64,000 nt of DNA from a virus (taxonomy: Duplodnaviria; Caudoviricetes), in the IMG/VR virus record IMGVR_UViG_2744054452_000001, positions 16,516 to 80,515 of that record, one strand, 5' to 3'. Position numbers and translations under genes: made by a program. Of this stretch, positions 20,301-30,125 are shown in pieces (the first letter of the stretch is position 1; each line of letters begins with the position of its first letter). The notes under the pieces are model-generated. The model had not been told where the DNA came from and did no database searches. It saw only the letters and a list, made by a program, of their open reading frames with translations.

Positions 20301-22724
20301 GAACGGCTCGCTGTATGTGGGCGAGTTGGGGTCTGCCTCCTTGGCCCAGACCTCGACCGCGTTGATCTCGCTTGCGATGGCAGGATTGAGCTTCCAGCCC
20401 ACCACGATGGACAAGAAGCCATTGGACGCGCTCATTGAGGCGAACGGGGGCTGCACGGCCTGGCCAGTCTCGGGGATGAGCACGCTCTTGAACCCCAGGG
20501 CCAGGACGGCGCTGGTGGCCCAGGTCGAGGCAGAGCCCTTGAAATTGAGCGAGCGCACGCGCACCACATACTCGCCGGCGGGCAGACCATCGAACGAATG
20601 CGAGGGAATGCCGGTGACGCGGTTGCGCACGGGGTTGCCCGAGCTTGGCAGCAGTTCAACGTCCCAGCGCGTCACGCCTGCCTGCTTCGGCCAGGACATT
20701 TCGATGTTGCCGATGTAGGTGTCCTGGTCGCGGCTGGCATTGACAACCTCGACCTCCAGGCCGTCTGGTGCGGCCGGCACTTCGTTGCTCAGACCAGGGT
20801 TGCCGATGAAGCCCGGGTCATCCTCGAGCAGATCAAGGTTGTCGGCATAGGAGTATTTGCGCTCGTCATATTCCAGCGCTGTGATGCTGACAATGCGGCC
20901 ACCCTCGTTGCCGTTATCACCCGCGTCTTCGGCAACTGTCAGCACGCGGTAGAGGCGATCCTTGGCGTCGCCAGAAGCAGAGATCACCCATGTGGCGCCG
21001 ACGATTGGCGCGGACGCGCCGGTCGGGAGGGCTTCATTCAGACGCACCTGGTCGCCGGCGGTACCGTTGACCCACTGGCATGTGCCGGTGAACAGGCCGC
21101 CCGGCAGCATGATGTTGATCTTGTTGCTGTCGGTGCTAATGGCAACGGGCGCATCCAGCGTCAGGATGGTGCGGCGGTCTGTGTCCCCCACCGCTGCGGG
21201 GGTGATCTTCTTGATTCGACCACCCAGGCGCTTGCCGTAGCGCAGGTTGTCGCGCAGCTTGATGACCATGCCCGGGCTGACGGCAACGCCCTCAATACCC
21301 GTCGAGAACGTGACGGTCTCGGTCAGCAGGCGCTCAGACGCCAGGATTGCGCGGCCAAAGCGGTGGGCCTGGCCACGGGATGTGCAACCGTAGGCGGCAA
21401 CCTCGGTCTCGATAATCCCGTACTTCCTGATGCCTTCGGCATCCTCGACGTACTCGACCTTTTGACGGCCAAAGTCATTGAGGTCATTCCATGTCACCAG
21501 GGCAACGGTATGACGCGCGCTGATGGACGAACCCTGATAGCTGAACTTGCCATTGATGACATTGGAGTTCGTGAACAGGTACTCGGGCAGCGCGGGCCGG
21601 TCTTGCACGGGCACGATCGAACCAGATGCCATGTAGGCCATGCCAGAGAAGGCGCTGGCCATGTTCTTGACCAGCTCGTATGCCTGCACCCGGGCCTGCA
21701 CGTAGCAGTTCAGGGTGTAGCGTGGCTCCATGCCGCCTCGGCCGTCGCTGACCAGCTCGTCGCAATACTTGCCAATCGTGTAGAGCGTCCACTTATCGAC
21801 GCTGCCCTTGGGGATTTCACGACCCAGGCCGTAGCGCTCATTGGTCAGAAGGTCATAGAAGCACCAGGCGGGGTTGTCTGTCCAGGCGATCTTGAATGAA
21901 CCGTCCCAAGAACCGGCGTAGCTGCGTGTGGCGGGCGTGTAGTTGCTCGGTACGCGCACGCGCATGAGCTTCATGTCGTAGGCGCGATTGGGGATAGCGT
22001 CAAATGCCTCTGCATCAACGGTCAGGCCAACGATGGCGCTGTTTGCGTAGTTCAGCTTCGACTCAACGATCTCGGTATAGGAGCTGAAAATCGTCTTGTT
22101 GTTGACCGTGGCCTTGTCGGAATCGGGCGATAGGCGAACCATGCGGAACTGCCAAGGCGCCGAGCCCTGCAGGGGGAAGCGGTATTCGCGTTCGTAGGCA
22201 GCCGTGGTCTTGCCGACAATGCGGTCTTCGCCCACGGTAATCCAGACACCGCTGTTTGCGCTCTCCATCTGGAAGCGCATGCTTACTTCTGCGCCGTTCA
22301 GGTTGCCGTTGCCCGTGTCCTGGGTGGTCAGGGATGGGATGCGCAACTTCACCCGGATCGCATTCAGGTTCTCGTTGGTGATCGAGCGAGTCACCGGACG
22401 GTTGGCCAGCACCTCGACATTCACGCTCACTTCATTTTCGACAGCGCTAAAGCCAGGCATGTGCGCCTGGCCAAGAGTGCCGTTGCGAAACTCGACGGCA
22501 GCGTCAAAGTTCCTTGAGCCGTCCTTGTTCTCCAGGGGTGTCTCGTTCAGGTAGATGGAGCGGGCGCCATCGACCAGACCTTCGATCTCGCCCTCGGAAA
22601 CGAGGTCGAGCACGCGGGCAAAGGACTTGGAGCGCAGGGTGTTGTCTGCCTCAACTGCGCCGCCTCCACCGCCCGCACCCTTCTTTCGACCGGTGATGAC
22701 CGGCCAGGGCATATTGTGTTTCAT
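17358..22724 (-). CDS. central tail fibre / tip attachment protein (lambda J-like)
   Basis: DLVSEGEIEGL, WTDNPAW, GCTSRGQAHR motifs, FN3-like domains, long E..AR..AD coiled-coil repeats. Confidence 0.92.
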   Translation of the reverse strand: MKHNMPWPVITGRKKGAGGGGGAVEADNTLRSKSFARVLDLVSEGEIEGLVDGARSIYLNETPLENKDGSRNFDAAVEFRNGTLGQAHMPGFSAVENEVSVNVEVLANRPVTRSITNENLNAIRVKLRIPSLTTQDTGNGNLNGAEVSMRFQMESANSGVWITVGEDRIVGKTTAAYEREYRFPLQGSAPWQFRMVRLSPDSDKATVNNKTIFSSYTEIVESKLNYANSAIVGLTVDAEAFDAIPNRAYDMKLMRVRVPSNYTPATRSYAGSWDGSFKIAWTDNPAWCFYDLLTNERYGLGREIPKGSVDKWTLYTIGKYCDELVSDGRGGMEPRYTLNCYVQARVQAYELVKNMASAFSGMAYMASGSIVPVQDRPALPEYLFTNSNVINGKFSYQGSSISARHTVALVTWNDLNDFGRQKVEYVEDAEGIRKYGIIETEVAAYGCTSRGQAHRFGRAILASERLLTETVTFSTGIEGVAVSPGMVIKLRDNLRYGKRLGGRIKKITPAAVGDTDRRTILTLDAPVAISTDSNKINIMLPGGLFTGTCQWVNGTAGDQVRLNEALPTGASAPIVGATWVISASGDAKDRLYRVLTVAEDAGDNGNEGGRIVSITALEYDERKYSYADNLDLLEDDPGFIGNPGLSNEVPAAPDGLEVEVVNASRDQDTYIGNIEMSWPKQAGVTRWDVELLPSSGNPVRNRVTGIPSHSFDGLPAGEYVVRVRSLNFKGSASTWATSAVLALGFKSVLIPETGQAVQPPFASMSASNGFLSIVVGWKLNPAIASEINAVEVWAKEADPNSPTYSEPFKLMQTVPSVATAWTHQDLAPGAERQYKLRAIDKRGIHSDFYPTDRVLKAKANTDVTDILNGLEESFKRTGFFSEVITEIEKIGDLTAILTPEALEDLTSLSEALNVDLVSLREELRSVGWKLQRDGDLLLRSVVLTEEVKNSTTNAIASLREEVVKLATDTDTAIGKVSELIAAQQVARDKEIVDIKASIKAEESARVSADSAEAARVNALVAEQTGALDKSLKALISLEESARTTADGALSTRIEQLAATLTTETERITGLVTTEQTARAAADEALGKRVDTVYAEMLAGDTASVGAVKTETEARTTADTALGKRIDTVYAELKLADSSTAASVGSEATARTNADTALGKRIDTVYAELKLADSANTAAVGSEALARTTADEAIAKTVTELTATVKTNDTAARALIQAEATARTTADSAMTTRIDGMQVSMDAEDLRLSGLIVAEQKARADADGVLTKSITAMQASLSTEAAALRALIQTESTARVSRDEALTILINSSQTEFMAGDSKLTTLIQTEEKSRITADTALGTRITNLTSTVTANDSAVKALIQTEERTRATEDSALSTRITNLTTTVSSNLASTTNLIQNEATARADGDSATTSLINSVTSRLDKYSATGKPAGSYEAVLAAEQKTRADADSVLTKSITDMVSRLNTFDATGKPVNSVEARLAKEESTRATADSANATSITQLTARLNTAGGGSVTMEQKFSTLASSISGTEAKYSVKVNNKGHVSGFGLISTANNAAPTSSFIVASDKFIIATPETSALATTSTPFQVLTTATTINGQTVNPGVYISEAFIKNGVITSAKIGNLQVETLKIKDQAVTQAIYHQFSGTIASGDTGWLGDARIMTGGITCSGSGTSGGTFKLVMTANFLLRPVGDVAAYKGTNLSYKADIIRIDPWGGETVVRSGLVIGYSRAFSTALYAYGMGSIVLTYVDTIVNANAGRWQYAIRVYGEGGNLLGFSVTNRTMMLQEIKK

Positions 22725-22740
22725 GCTGTTCTTCTTCTAG

Positions 22741-24039
22741 TTATTTCGGCACGCGAACAAGGATGGTTCCGTCTGACGAATAGCGCGATGCGCCGGAGTC
22801 TTCGCTGGTGTAGCGCTCAACCGCGATGGAAATCATTGATCCCTCGCTGGTGGCCAGGTAGTCCATGACCGCCGGTGTCATCCAGGCAGAGTGCTGGGGA
22901 GAAAAGACCACGCCCTTACCGTTCTGGGCCGACCAGACCCCCTGCGTCTTGCCCTGGGTGATCCGGGCGTCATTGATCGTGGGGTCAGTGGTGTCGCGCA
23001 CGGCGCGCAAATTCAGTGCATTCTCGAAATACGACGAGCTGCGGCCGTCTGCCATCGAGTCAAAGGCGGTGCCCCTCCACTTCGCCGGATCTGCACCGTC
23101 TGCCCTGATGCCGGCGTCGGTCGTGCTCAGGCACATGACCGCGGCGTTTGAGCTCGGCCCGAAGCGGCGGCGACCCAGGTACACCGTGCGCTTGGCGCCG
23201 GCGCTGTCGGTCAGGGAGAAGTTCCCGAAGGAAATCAGGCCTTGGCGAAATGCATACGCCGGCTCTTCGGTGCGGGTGCGCGCCAGCTTGGTGCCATTGC
23301 CTGCAAACCAGCCGATCACGCGCACTCCAGACTCGGTCTCGCCCGTGAAGTCCAGGAAGAGGTTGCCGCCGAACTCGGTGTCGATCACCGCCTGGGTAGT
23401 CTCTTCGGACTTGGTCAGCAGCTCGTTGACGGACAGGCCGGCAGAAATGACGGCAGAGCCCGTAATCATTCGCCCGTAGCCAAATGGGACGGGATGGCCC
23501 TGGGCCTGTACATTGACTGCTCCATTGAAGATGAAGCTGGTGGAGTCGCTTTTCTCCTGGCCGCTGCTGATACCGGTGGTCGGTGTCAGCAGCTGCACCA
23601 CGCCGCCCAGCGCCATGGCCATGCCCATGCTGTACGCTGCAGCAGAAATGCCCGTCGCTGCGGTTGCGGCGGTTCCAGCTGCGGCGTTTGCTGCAACAGC
23701 TGCGCCAGGCATGTAGAAGGACGCCACCACCAGGGCCGCGCCCAGAATGATCTGCCCAATCCCGCCCTTCTTGGCACCCTGCAGCACAGGGGTCAGAAAG
23801 ATCGAGCCGGACACGGGCATGCCGAGCTCGCTCTCGGCAATCTGGATCTCGTCGCGCTTTTTGCCGCAGCTGAGCGTGTAGCCATAGCCTTTCTCGCCCA
23901 GGTCGCGCAGCGTCGCAATGAAGCCGCTGTGGTTCGCCTCCATTGCGCGCAGTGCCTCGGAGGGCGTGTCCACGTCAAACGTGTGCGAACGACCGTACTG
24001 CTTTGCAAGGGGGCCGTACAGACGGAGCTCACGCATCAT
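22741..24039 (-). CDS. tail assembly protein (lambda I-like) with C-terminal extension
   Basis: LRLYGPL...EALRA...F.GAVN..AQG.PVP.GYG....GS.VIS; about 230 extra C-terminal residues. Confidence 0.85.
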   Translation of the reverse strand: MMRELRLYGPLAKQYGRSHTFDVDTPSEALRAMEANHSGFIATLRDLGEKGYGYTLSCGKKRDEIQIAESELGMPVSGSIFLTPVLQGAKKGGIGQIILGAALVVASFYMPGAAVAANAAAGTAATAATGISAAAYSMGMAMALGGVVQLLTPTTGISSGQEKSDSTSFIFNGAVNVQAQGHPVPFGYGRMITGSAVISAGLSVNELLTKSEETTQAVIDTEFGGNLFLDFTGETESGVRVIGWFAGNGTKLARTRTEEPAYAFRQGLISFGNFSLTDSAGAKRTVYLGRRRFGPSSNAAVMCLSTTDAGIRADGADPAKWRGTAFDSMADGRSSSYFENALNLRAVRDTTDPTINDARITQGKTQGVWSAQNGKGVVFSPQHSAWMTPAVMDYLATSEGSMISIAVERYTSEDSGASRYSSDGTILVRVPK

Positions 24040-24772
24040 GCTTGACCCCCTTGTGGCGCATCACATGGGTGGTATGGCGACGCCAGTAGCCGCCATAAAC
24101 GTCTTTGCTGCTCAAGCGCCCGTAGAGGTGGTGGCCAATGAGGTCGTCACCGACAACAACGGCGGCATGGTTGGGCACATCGGACAGAACCTGCATCAGC
24201 AGCACATCCCCGATGCGCAGCGCCTCGGTGTCTTGGACGCGCTCAAAGCCCCACTTCTTGTAGTTGTCCAGGTACAGGTTCTGGCCCTTGGCCCACCACT
24301 CGTCCTCACGCACGGGGGTATCGAGCTTGATGCCGTGGGTCTGCCAGTACCATGCCTGCACGAAGCCGAAGCAGTCGAAGCTGCCATGGTGGAACTCCCG
24401 CTGGTACAGCGGACGGTTCTCAAAGTCGGGCTGTGTGTAGCTCCAGCGGCCCGCCGGCCAGCTGAGAATCACCCAGGGCAGGCCGGAGCGCTGGCACGAC
24501 GCCAGGTCGAAATCGCTGGGCAAATGGATGTAGTTGGGGTGCGAGTGAAACACCCCCACCAGCTCGCCCATGTCTTCGGCAGCCCGGTAGTCGGTGTCGG
24601 AGATGGCGAAATAGTCCCCGGGCTTGTCGGAGATATTTGCGCAGGGCACGTACTTGATGCCGCCGGCGGCGCGCACCAGCAGACCACATGCCTCCTTGGG
24701 AAACTCGCGCTGAGCGTGCTCCTGCATTGCCTGCTGCAGCGCAGGCGTCATTTCTTCTTCTAGTTCTTGCAT
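24029..24772 (-). CDS. tail tip protein (lambda K-like; JAB + NlpC/P60)
   Basis: EACG, HSHP....PS..D (JAB) and DCF...NHAA...HHL (NlpC/P60). Confidence 0.9.
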   Translation of the reverse strand: MQELEEEMTPALQQAMQEHAQREFPKEACGLLVRAAGGIKYVPCANISDKPGDYFAISDTDYRAAEDMGELVGVFHSHPNYIHLPSDFDLASCQRSGLPWVILSWPAGRWSYTQPDFENRPLYQREFHHGSFDCFGFVQAWYWQTHGIKLDTPVREDEWWAKGQNLYLDNYKKWGFERVQDTEALRIGDVLLMQVLSDVPNHAAVVVGDDLIGHHLYGRLSSKDVYGGYWRRHTTHVMRHKGVKHDA

Positions 24773-24773
24773 T

Positions 24774-25469
24774 TCACACTCGCATCAGGCCGGCGGCAGG
24801 GAAGCCGCCGAACGGGAGCACAGCACTGCCAAAGCGCAGCTTGCAGCTCCTGAGCCGCTTGCCACACTGGTCTTGTGCCTCTTCGGTAACAGGGTTGTCG
24901 TGAATGTCGGCACAGGGGCCGCCCGTGTAGCCGCAGTCAGCACCGCGGTATGCCCAGGGGCATGCGTTCTGAATGATCTGGCGACGCGGCAGCATCACGT
25001 TGGTCATTTCCAGGGACGAGCGCAGCTCAAACTCAACGACCGCGTCGTCCTCGGACTTCTTCTGGTCGATGAAATACACGTCGCTGGGCAGCTCGACCGT
25101 GGGGTCTGCCGTGGGGTTGCCGCCCTTGAAATTGACGGCATCGAGATAGCGGGCCGTCGTGCGGCGGCGCACCACCTTCGCGCCAACAATGTCGCGCTCC
25201 AGCAGCAGCGCACTGATGACGCCTTCAATGTTGGCCAGGCGCATCTTCGGCCTGGGCAGGCTGCCGTTGGTGGTCTGCTCAAAGCCCTCGATCAGCACGG
25301 GAAAGGGCGTGTATTGCCGGCCGCCCCACACGAGGGGGCCGAAGTATTCATTGACGCCAGCATGGAAGTAGTGCACCTCGTCATCCAGGTGCAGCTCGTA
25401 CATCGAGACAATGGCGCTCGGCTCAAGTGACTGCAGCTCTGCAGCCAGGGCAAGATTCAGCGTTGCCAT
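24774..25469 (-). CDS. minor tail protein L
   Basis: C.W.YRG..CGY.G, DQCGKRL..C..RF and FGGFP motifs. Confidence 0.92.
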   Translation of the reverse strand: MATLNLALAAELQSLEPSAIVSMYELHLDDEVHYFHAGVNEYFGPLVWGGRQYTPFPVLIEGFEQTTNGSLPRPKMRLANIEGVISALLLERDIVGAKVVRRRTTARYLDAVNFKGGNPTADPTVELPSDVYFIDQKKSEDDAVVEFELRSSLEMTNVMLPRRQIIQNACPWAYRGADCGYTGGPCADIHDNPVTEEAQDQCGKRLRSCKLRFGSAVLPFGGFPAAGLMRV

Positions 25470-25472
25470 GTC

Positions 25473-25814
25473 TTAAACCTCGGGCAGCTGCTCAAAGGTG
25501 CCCGAGAGCGCGGAGATCGTGCCGTGATCGCGCGCACGTTTCCACGAGCGGCACAGGTAGACGCCGCTGACCTCATCGGGATTCACCCAGATGAAGCCCT
25601 TGTAGCCTCCGTGCTCTCGCAGGAAGTCGTCAATCGCTTTGATCTCGGCCCGGGTGCCTGTGAATTTCAACTCCCAGGCTTCAAGGATCGGTGTAATGCT
25701 GTTTGGTGCGCGCTGTTCGTAACCGTCGCCCATCTTGGCGCTGCTTACGGATGGCTCAACGTTCAAGGACAGCGATGCGTCGGGGAACCACCCAAATGTT
25801 TTTCTTGTTGTCAT
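25473..25814 (-). CDS. minor tail protein M
   Basis: GDGYEQR and FL.EH.G...F.W motifs; position after the tape measure. Confidence 0.88.
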   Translation of the reverse strand: MTTRKTFGWFPDASLSLNVEPSVSSAKMGDGYEQRAPNSITPILEAWELKFTGTRAEIKAIDDFLREHGGYKGFIWVNPDEVSGVYLCRSWKRARDHGTISALSGTFEQLPEV

Positions 25815-25868
25815 GGGGAATCCAGTGGCTTGTTTGCCACTGGATTCTAAGTCAGCACTGACTTAGCA

Positions 25869-28800
25869 TCAAGACGCCAGGATACCCCCTTGACGCTTTT
25901 GGTTCATCAATTCCTCGCGCACAACGTCCTTGACGCGGTTTGCCAGGCCACGGGCGAATGCGTCATTGGTGCCGCCTGCCGAGCTACCGGTGGTCGATTC
26001 CTTGCCGCTGTCGTTGATCGTGATGTGGATGTTGTTGACGATGCCCTGGCCACCGCCCGACATGGTTACGGGGATACTGCGACCGTCAGGCAGCGGCACG
26101 TAGGCTTCGGAGTATTTGCCCTCACCGTACAGCGCCAGCTGTGGCGAATCAGCAATCCCGCCCTTGGCGTACTTGCGCAGAGGCACCGAGCCCAGCTCGG
26201 TCATGATGCCGCCATCGGCAAATGGTGTCGTTGGCAGCTTGAGGCCCAGGCCGGAGCTTCCGCTGCCCAGCGAGTAGTCCACCTTTGAGCCGCTGCCCAG
26301 CGGGCCGGTACCGGCGCCACCGCTCATCCAGCTACCAACGGCGCTCATGCCCATTTGGATCAGCACCGAGAATGCCTTGTTGGTATACAGGCGCGCCAGA
26401 TCCTTCAAGATGGACGACACCATGTCCTTGATGCTCGACTTGCCCGTGGTTGCGAACTCAAGGAATGCGTCGGACGCGGTCTGTGCCCAGCCTGCTGTGG
26501 ACTGTTCGAGGTTGTCAGAGAAGTGCCCCCACTCTTCTGCCAGCTTTTGCAGCGGAGGCTTGACCTGATCGACCATGGCCAGGGCGCGGGCACGGTTGTT
26601 CTTAAAGATGGCGTCCTGCAGTGCCGCCAGCTGATTTGCAGCTGCACCCTCGGCTGCCACGCGGTCATACAGGTTTTGCATTTCACGCGCGTGGGCATCG
26701 TTCTCGCCTGTGATGCGCTCCTGGCGTTGAATGCGTGTCTCATTGGTCAGGCGCCCGGACAGCTGCTGAGTTTCTGAGACCAGGTTGCGCATGGCGTTGG
26801 CAATATCAATCGTTGCTGCCTGGCTCTTGATGTTCGCAACCACATCGGCGAACGTCTGGCCTGTCTTCTTGGCATATGCCTCGTACAGGTCAGCGTGCGC
26901 CAGCAGCTGCTTGGCTACCGAGTTCATGCGCTGGGTGCTGGTGCTCACGCCCATGGGGTCGGAGATAACCTCCATGGCCTGCTCAAACTCTGGCGCCAGG
27001 GACTCGATGTAACGCGCAGCGTGCTCGGCCTTGCGTGCCATGGTCTGGGCATCCTTAATGTCCTGCTCCTTGGCGGCGTTGGCCTTGATCTGCTCGATCA
27101 GCCCATCCAGCATGGAGCGAGTGACCTTGTCCTTCTTGAAGGCGCCTTCCTTGAACTTCGTTTCCAGGTCGTTGATAACGTCAGCGACAGAAATGCCCTT
27201 CTTGCCTGTCTCGAGTACGTTGTCCAGTTCTTCGTCCAGGCGCAGCCGGTCGCCCTTCACATCGGACACGAGCTTTTCCCAGGCAGAAACGGCGGGCCCA
27301 TTGCCCTTTTTCTTGCCGGCCTTGTCGTCAGCGAGTGTCTCGGGCAGGATCGTGGCGCTCATTTGGTCGCGCAGCTCGCGTGCCTGGGCGCCCAGCTTCT
27401 TGACCTCGTCCAGCTTCGCCTGCAGGTTCACCGCGTCCTGGCCGGTTGACTTCTGCAGCTGTGCTGTCAGGGTGTCTTCCTGCTTTTTCCAGTGCTCTGC
27501 CTGCTGCGCATACCCCTCGGAAGAGATTTTGTAGCGCTGCTCGGTGAACTTCTTGAGCGCGGCCGCCTGCTCTTTGCTGCCGTCCTTGAACTTCTTGCGC
27601 TCTGCCTCGGCAGCCTGGTCAACGGCATCAATGCGCTTTTTCGTGCTCAGCTGCATTTCGTTGACGAACTGATCTGCCTGCTCGCGCATGTAGAAAGCAA
27701 CCTCGTCACCGGCCTTATCGCGCGAGATATTGGCGACCATCTGGTTGTAAACCTTCATGGCCCTGTTCAGCTCGGCGGTCTTCTGCTCGATGACTGCCTT
27801 TTCATCCCCGAGCTGCTTCTTGTCCTTGTTGAGGGTGATGGACTGGCCGCTCGCGGGATCGTAGATTTCGACCTTGTCGCTCTTGAGCTCTTCGAGTTCC
27901 TTTTTCAGGCGATCGACCTGCTCACCCTGGGCGTCACGCTCAGAGGCAGTCGAATGGCCGTCAGCGGCACGGCGCTGGGCCTGGGCAGCCGCCTCGGCGG
28001 CACGCTTCACGTCGTACCACTTCGCAACCAGCAGCCCAATGGCGGTGATCGCCACCCCCACCCAGCCGCCCATGGCATTGAGTACAGACCCGAATGCGTT
28101 GCCGGCAACCGTTGCCGCCTTCATGGCGAAAGTCTGGGCGTTCAGGGCGATGATGCTGCGGCCGAGTGCCGCGGTCTTTGCGGCAGTAGCCCTCTCAGCA
28201 CGCTGAATCGTGTTCACCAGGGCGCCAACGGTTCGGTCGTTGGTGTTCATCACCTGGGTCTGCTGCACGATCGTCTGGCTGAGCTTGCCGGCCTCCAGGC
28301 GCATCTTGTCGATCTCTCTGGATGCATTGCTCAGCTGGCCGATCTGGCGATTGATCGAGTTGACCTGCTTCTTGCTTGTCGCGTCTGCCAGCGATGCCTG
28401 CAGATTGGCCATGCGTGTATCGTGCGCAAGAATCGTCGCACGCATTTGCGAGTACGAGTCCATGCGCTGCTGCTGCAGCTGATTGATCGTGGCGTTCTCG
28501 TTGCGCACCACTGCGATCTTCTCGACGGCGGCGCGCTTCGATTCAGCAATCTCATTGAGCGTCGCATTGGCGGCATCACGGGCACGGGCAACATTCATCT
28601 TGCCGTTGTCGGCAATAGTCCTCGTGGACTCGGCAGCTGCCTGCGACAACTCCTTGAACTTGCTGCCGACAGCGCCCACGGCACCGCCCACCAGCGAGGT
28701 CTGTACCTTGTATGCCGCCCAGGCAAGTGCGGCGATCTTGATGTACTCGGCGTTGTCGTAAATGACCTTGCCCAGATCCTTCATCACGCCGATGGCTTCG

Positions 28801-29729
28801 CCCAGGCCACTGCCAAAATTGCGGCCAAACTCCCGGAATTCCGGGCTGGCCAGCATTGTCGTGAGCTCCTTGACCGCGGACTTCATGGCATCGCCAAATC
28901 CAGAGTCGGCAATGTCCTTGCTTGCCAGCATCCACTGCGTCTTGAGCTGCGCTGTCATGCCGACCCAGGTGGTCATCATTTCAGCTGCGGCGCCGTCGTT
29001 TTGGACTTTCAGCTCGCGCATCATCGCGGCGATGGCAGTCTTGGCAACCAGCGTGCCCTTGGAGACCGCCTTAGTCAGCTCTGCCATGGACATGCCGAGA
29101 CCCGTGGCCATGGCCTGCATGGCATTCGGAATCGCTTCACCGAGCTGCTGGCGCAGTTCTTCCATCGAGACCACGCCCTTGCCCGCCATCTGGGAGATAG
29201 CCACGGATGCGCGCTTGAGCACTTCTGAGGTGCCCCCGAACCGGGCTACAGAGTCCACCAGGGTTTGAAGCGAGCCATTGGTCGGGTCGATGCCGGCGGT
29301 CTTGAGCTTCACGAATGAGTCAGACAGGGCAGAAATCTCAAATGGCGCACTCTTGGCCATCTGGGTGATGAAGTTGAAGTCCCGGATGCCCTCGGCTGCC
29401 TTGGCCATCTTCTCTGTCTCTTTGGACAGACCAGCCATCAGCGCCTGCATGCGCTCCAACTCGCCCGCGTTCTTCATGATGTGCATCGGCAGGCGGCCGA
29501 ATGCGTCATACAGGTTCAGCAGGGCAAAACGCATCGTTCCAGTGACCAGTACGAAGTCACGGAAGCGATGCGTTACGGATTTGATTGAGGTCTCAGCCTT
29601 CTTTGCAGCCGGTGATACCTGCTCAAACTCGCCCTTCATCTTTTTGAGCGAGTCAGTTACCTTTTGGGCGATGACCTTGTAGCCGTCATCATCCAGCTCA
29701 AGACGAATCTTGATGTCGGAATCTCCCAT
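25869..29729 (-). CDS. tail tape measure protein
   Basis: 1286-aa helical protein; QM..KG.V..EEL..QL.E motif; C-terminal FADGG/YAKGG...GE...EA..PL. Confidence 0.92.
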   Translation of the reverse strand: MGDSDIKIRLELDDDGYKVIAQKVTDSLKKMKGEFEQVSPAAKKAETSIKSVTHRFRDFVLVTGTMRFALLNLYDAFGRLPMHIMKNAGELERMQALMAGLSKETEKMAKAAEGIRDFNFITQMAKSAPFEISALSDSFVKLKTAGIDPTNGSLQTLVDSVARFGGTSEVLKRASVAISQMAGKGVVSMEELRQQLGEAIPNAMQAMATGLGMSMAELTKAVSKGTLVAKTAIAAMMRELKVQNDGAAAEMMTTWVGMTAQLKTQWMLASKDIADSGFGDAMKSAVKELTTMLASPEFREFGRNFGSGLGEAIGVMKDLGKVIYDNAEYIKIAALAWAAYKVQTSLVGGAVGAVGSKFKELSQAAAESTRTIADNGKMNVARARDAANATLNEIAESKRAAVEKIAVVRNENATINQLQQQRMDSYSQMRATILAHDTRMANLQASLADATSKKQVNSINRQIGQLSNASREIDKMRLEAGKLSQTIVQQTQVMNTNDRTVGALVNTIQRAERATAAKTAALGRSIIALNAQTFAMKAATVAGNAFGSVLNAMGGWVGVAITAIGLLVAKWYDVKRAAEAAAQAQRRAADGHSTASERDAQGEQVDRLKKELEELKSDKVEIYDPASGQSITLNKDKKQLGDEKAVIEQKTAELNRAMKVYNQMVANISRDKAGDEVAFYMREQADQFVNEMQLSTKKRIDAVDQAAEAERKKFKDGSKEQAAALKKFTEQRYKISSEGYAQQAEHWKKQEDTLTAQLQKSTGQDAVNLQAKLDEVKKLGAQARELRDQMSATILPETLADDKAGKKKGNGPAVSAWEKLVSDVKGDRLRLDEELDNVLETGKKGISVADVINDLETKFKEGAFKKDKVTRSMLDGLIEQIKANAAKEQDIKDAQTMARKAEHAARYIESLAPEFEQAMEVISDPMGVSTSTQRMNSVAKQLLAHADLYEAYAKKTGQTFADVVANIKSQAATIDIANAMRNLVSETQQLSGRLTNETRIQRQERITGENDAHAREMQNLYDRVAAEGAAANQLAALQDAIFKNNRARALAMVDQVKPPLQKLAEEWGHFSDNLEQSTAGWAQTASDAFLEFATTGKSSIKDMVSSILKDLARLYTNKAFSVLIQMGMSAVGSWMSGGAGTGPLGSGSKVDYSLGSGSSGLGLKLPTTPFADGGIMTELGSVPLRKYAKGGIADSPQLALYGEGKYSEAYVPLPDGRSIPVTMSGGGQGIVNNIHITINDSGKESTTGSSAGGTNDAFARGLANRVKDVVREELMNQKRQGGILAS

Positions 29730-29783
29730 GACCTATCCTTGTTTTTCTTGTTATGTCGGACGGGCCACGGGAGCTAAGCTGGC

Positions 29784-30125
29784 CTAGATCATCATGGCCC
29801 GCAGTCGGGCAGAAGCGTCATGGTCGCGTTGGCTGTTGGCCATGATTACTGCCTTGGTAGAGCGCTTTACAGGCTCTGGTGCCTGTTCTTGCAGCCTTTC
29901 GGCAAGCGTCTTTGCAGACTCAGAGGACTGCGATGCAGAGAAGACCTGCAGATCCAGGAATGACCGGGCTGCACTGATGCGCTGGGTGAAGCCGGCCAGC
30001 TTCCAGAACGCGCGCATGGGCATGGCCATGGTGTTCTGGTAGGAGTGACCATAGGTGGCCATCACTTGCGCCAGCATGAAGCCCAGATCAATCGACTCGA
30101 TCAGGTCTTCCGTGCCACTCAGTCC
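29784..30125 (-). CDS. tail assembly chaperone GT (C-terminal part, reached by -1 frameshift)
   Basis: The -1 frame after A AAA AAG reads GLSGTEDLIESIDLGF-MLAQVM... without a stop. Confidence 0.75.
   Translation of the reverse strand, partial: GLSGTEDLIESIDLGFMLAQVMATYGHSYQNTMAMPMRAFWKLAGFTQRISAARSFLDLQVFSASQSSESAKTLAERLQEQAPEPVKRSTKAVIMANSQRDHDASARLRAMMI

Noticed and set aside
27492-29228. 578-aa plus-strand ORF (similarly 35496-37103, 20598-21899, 30402-31439)
   Set aside because: Antisense shadows of well-supported minus-strand genes in GC-rich DNA; no motifs or RBS.
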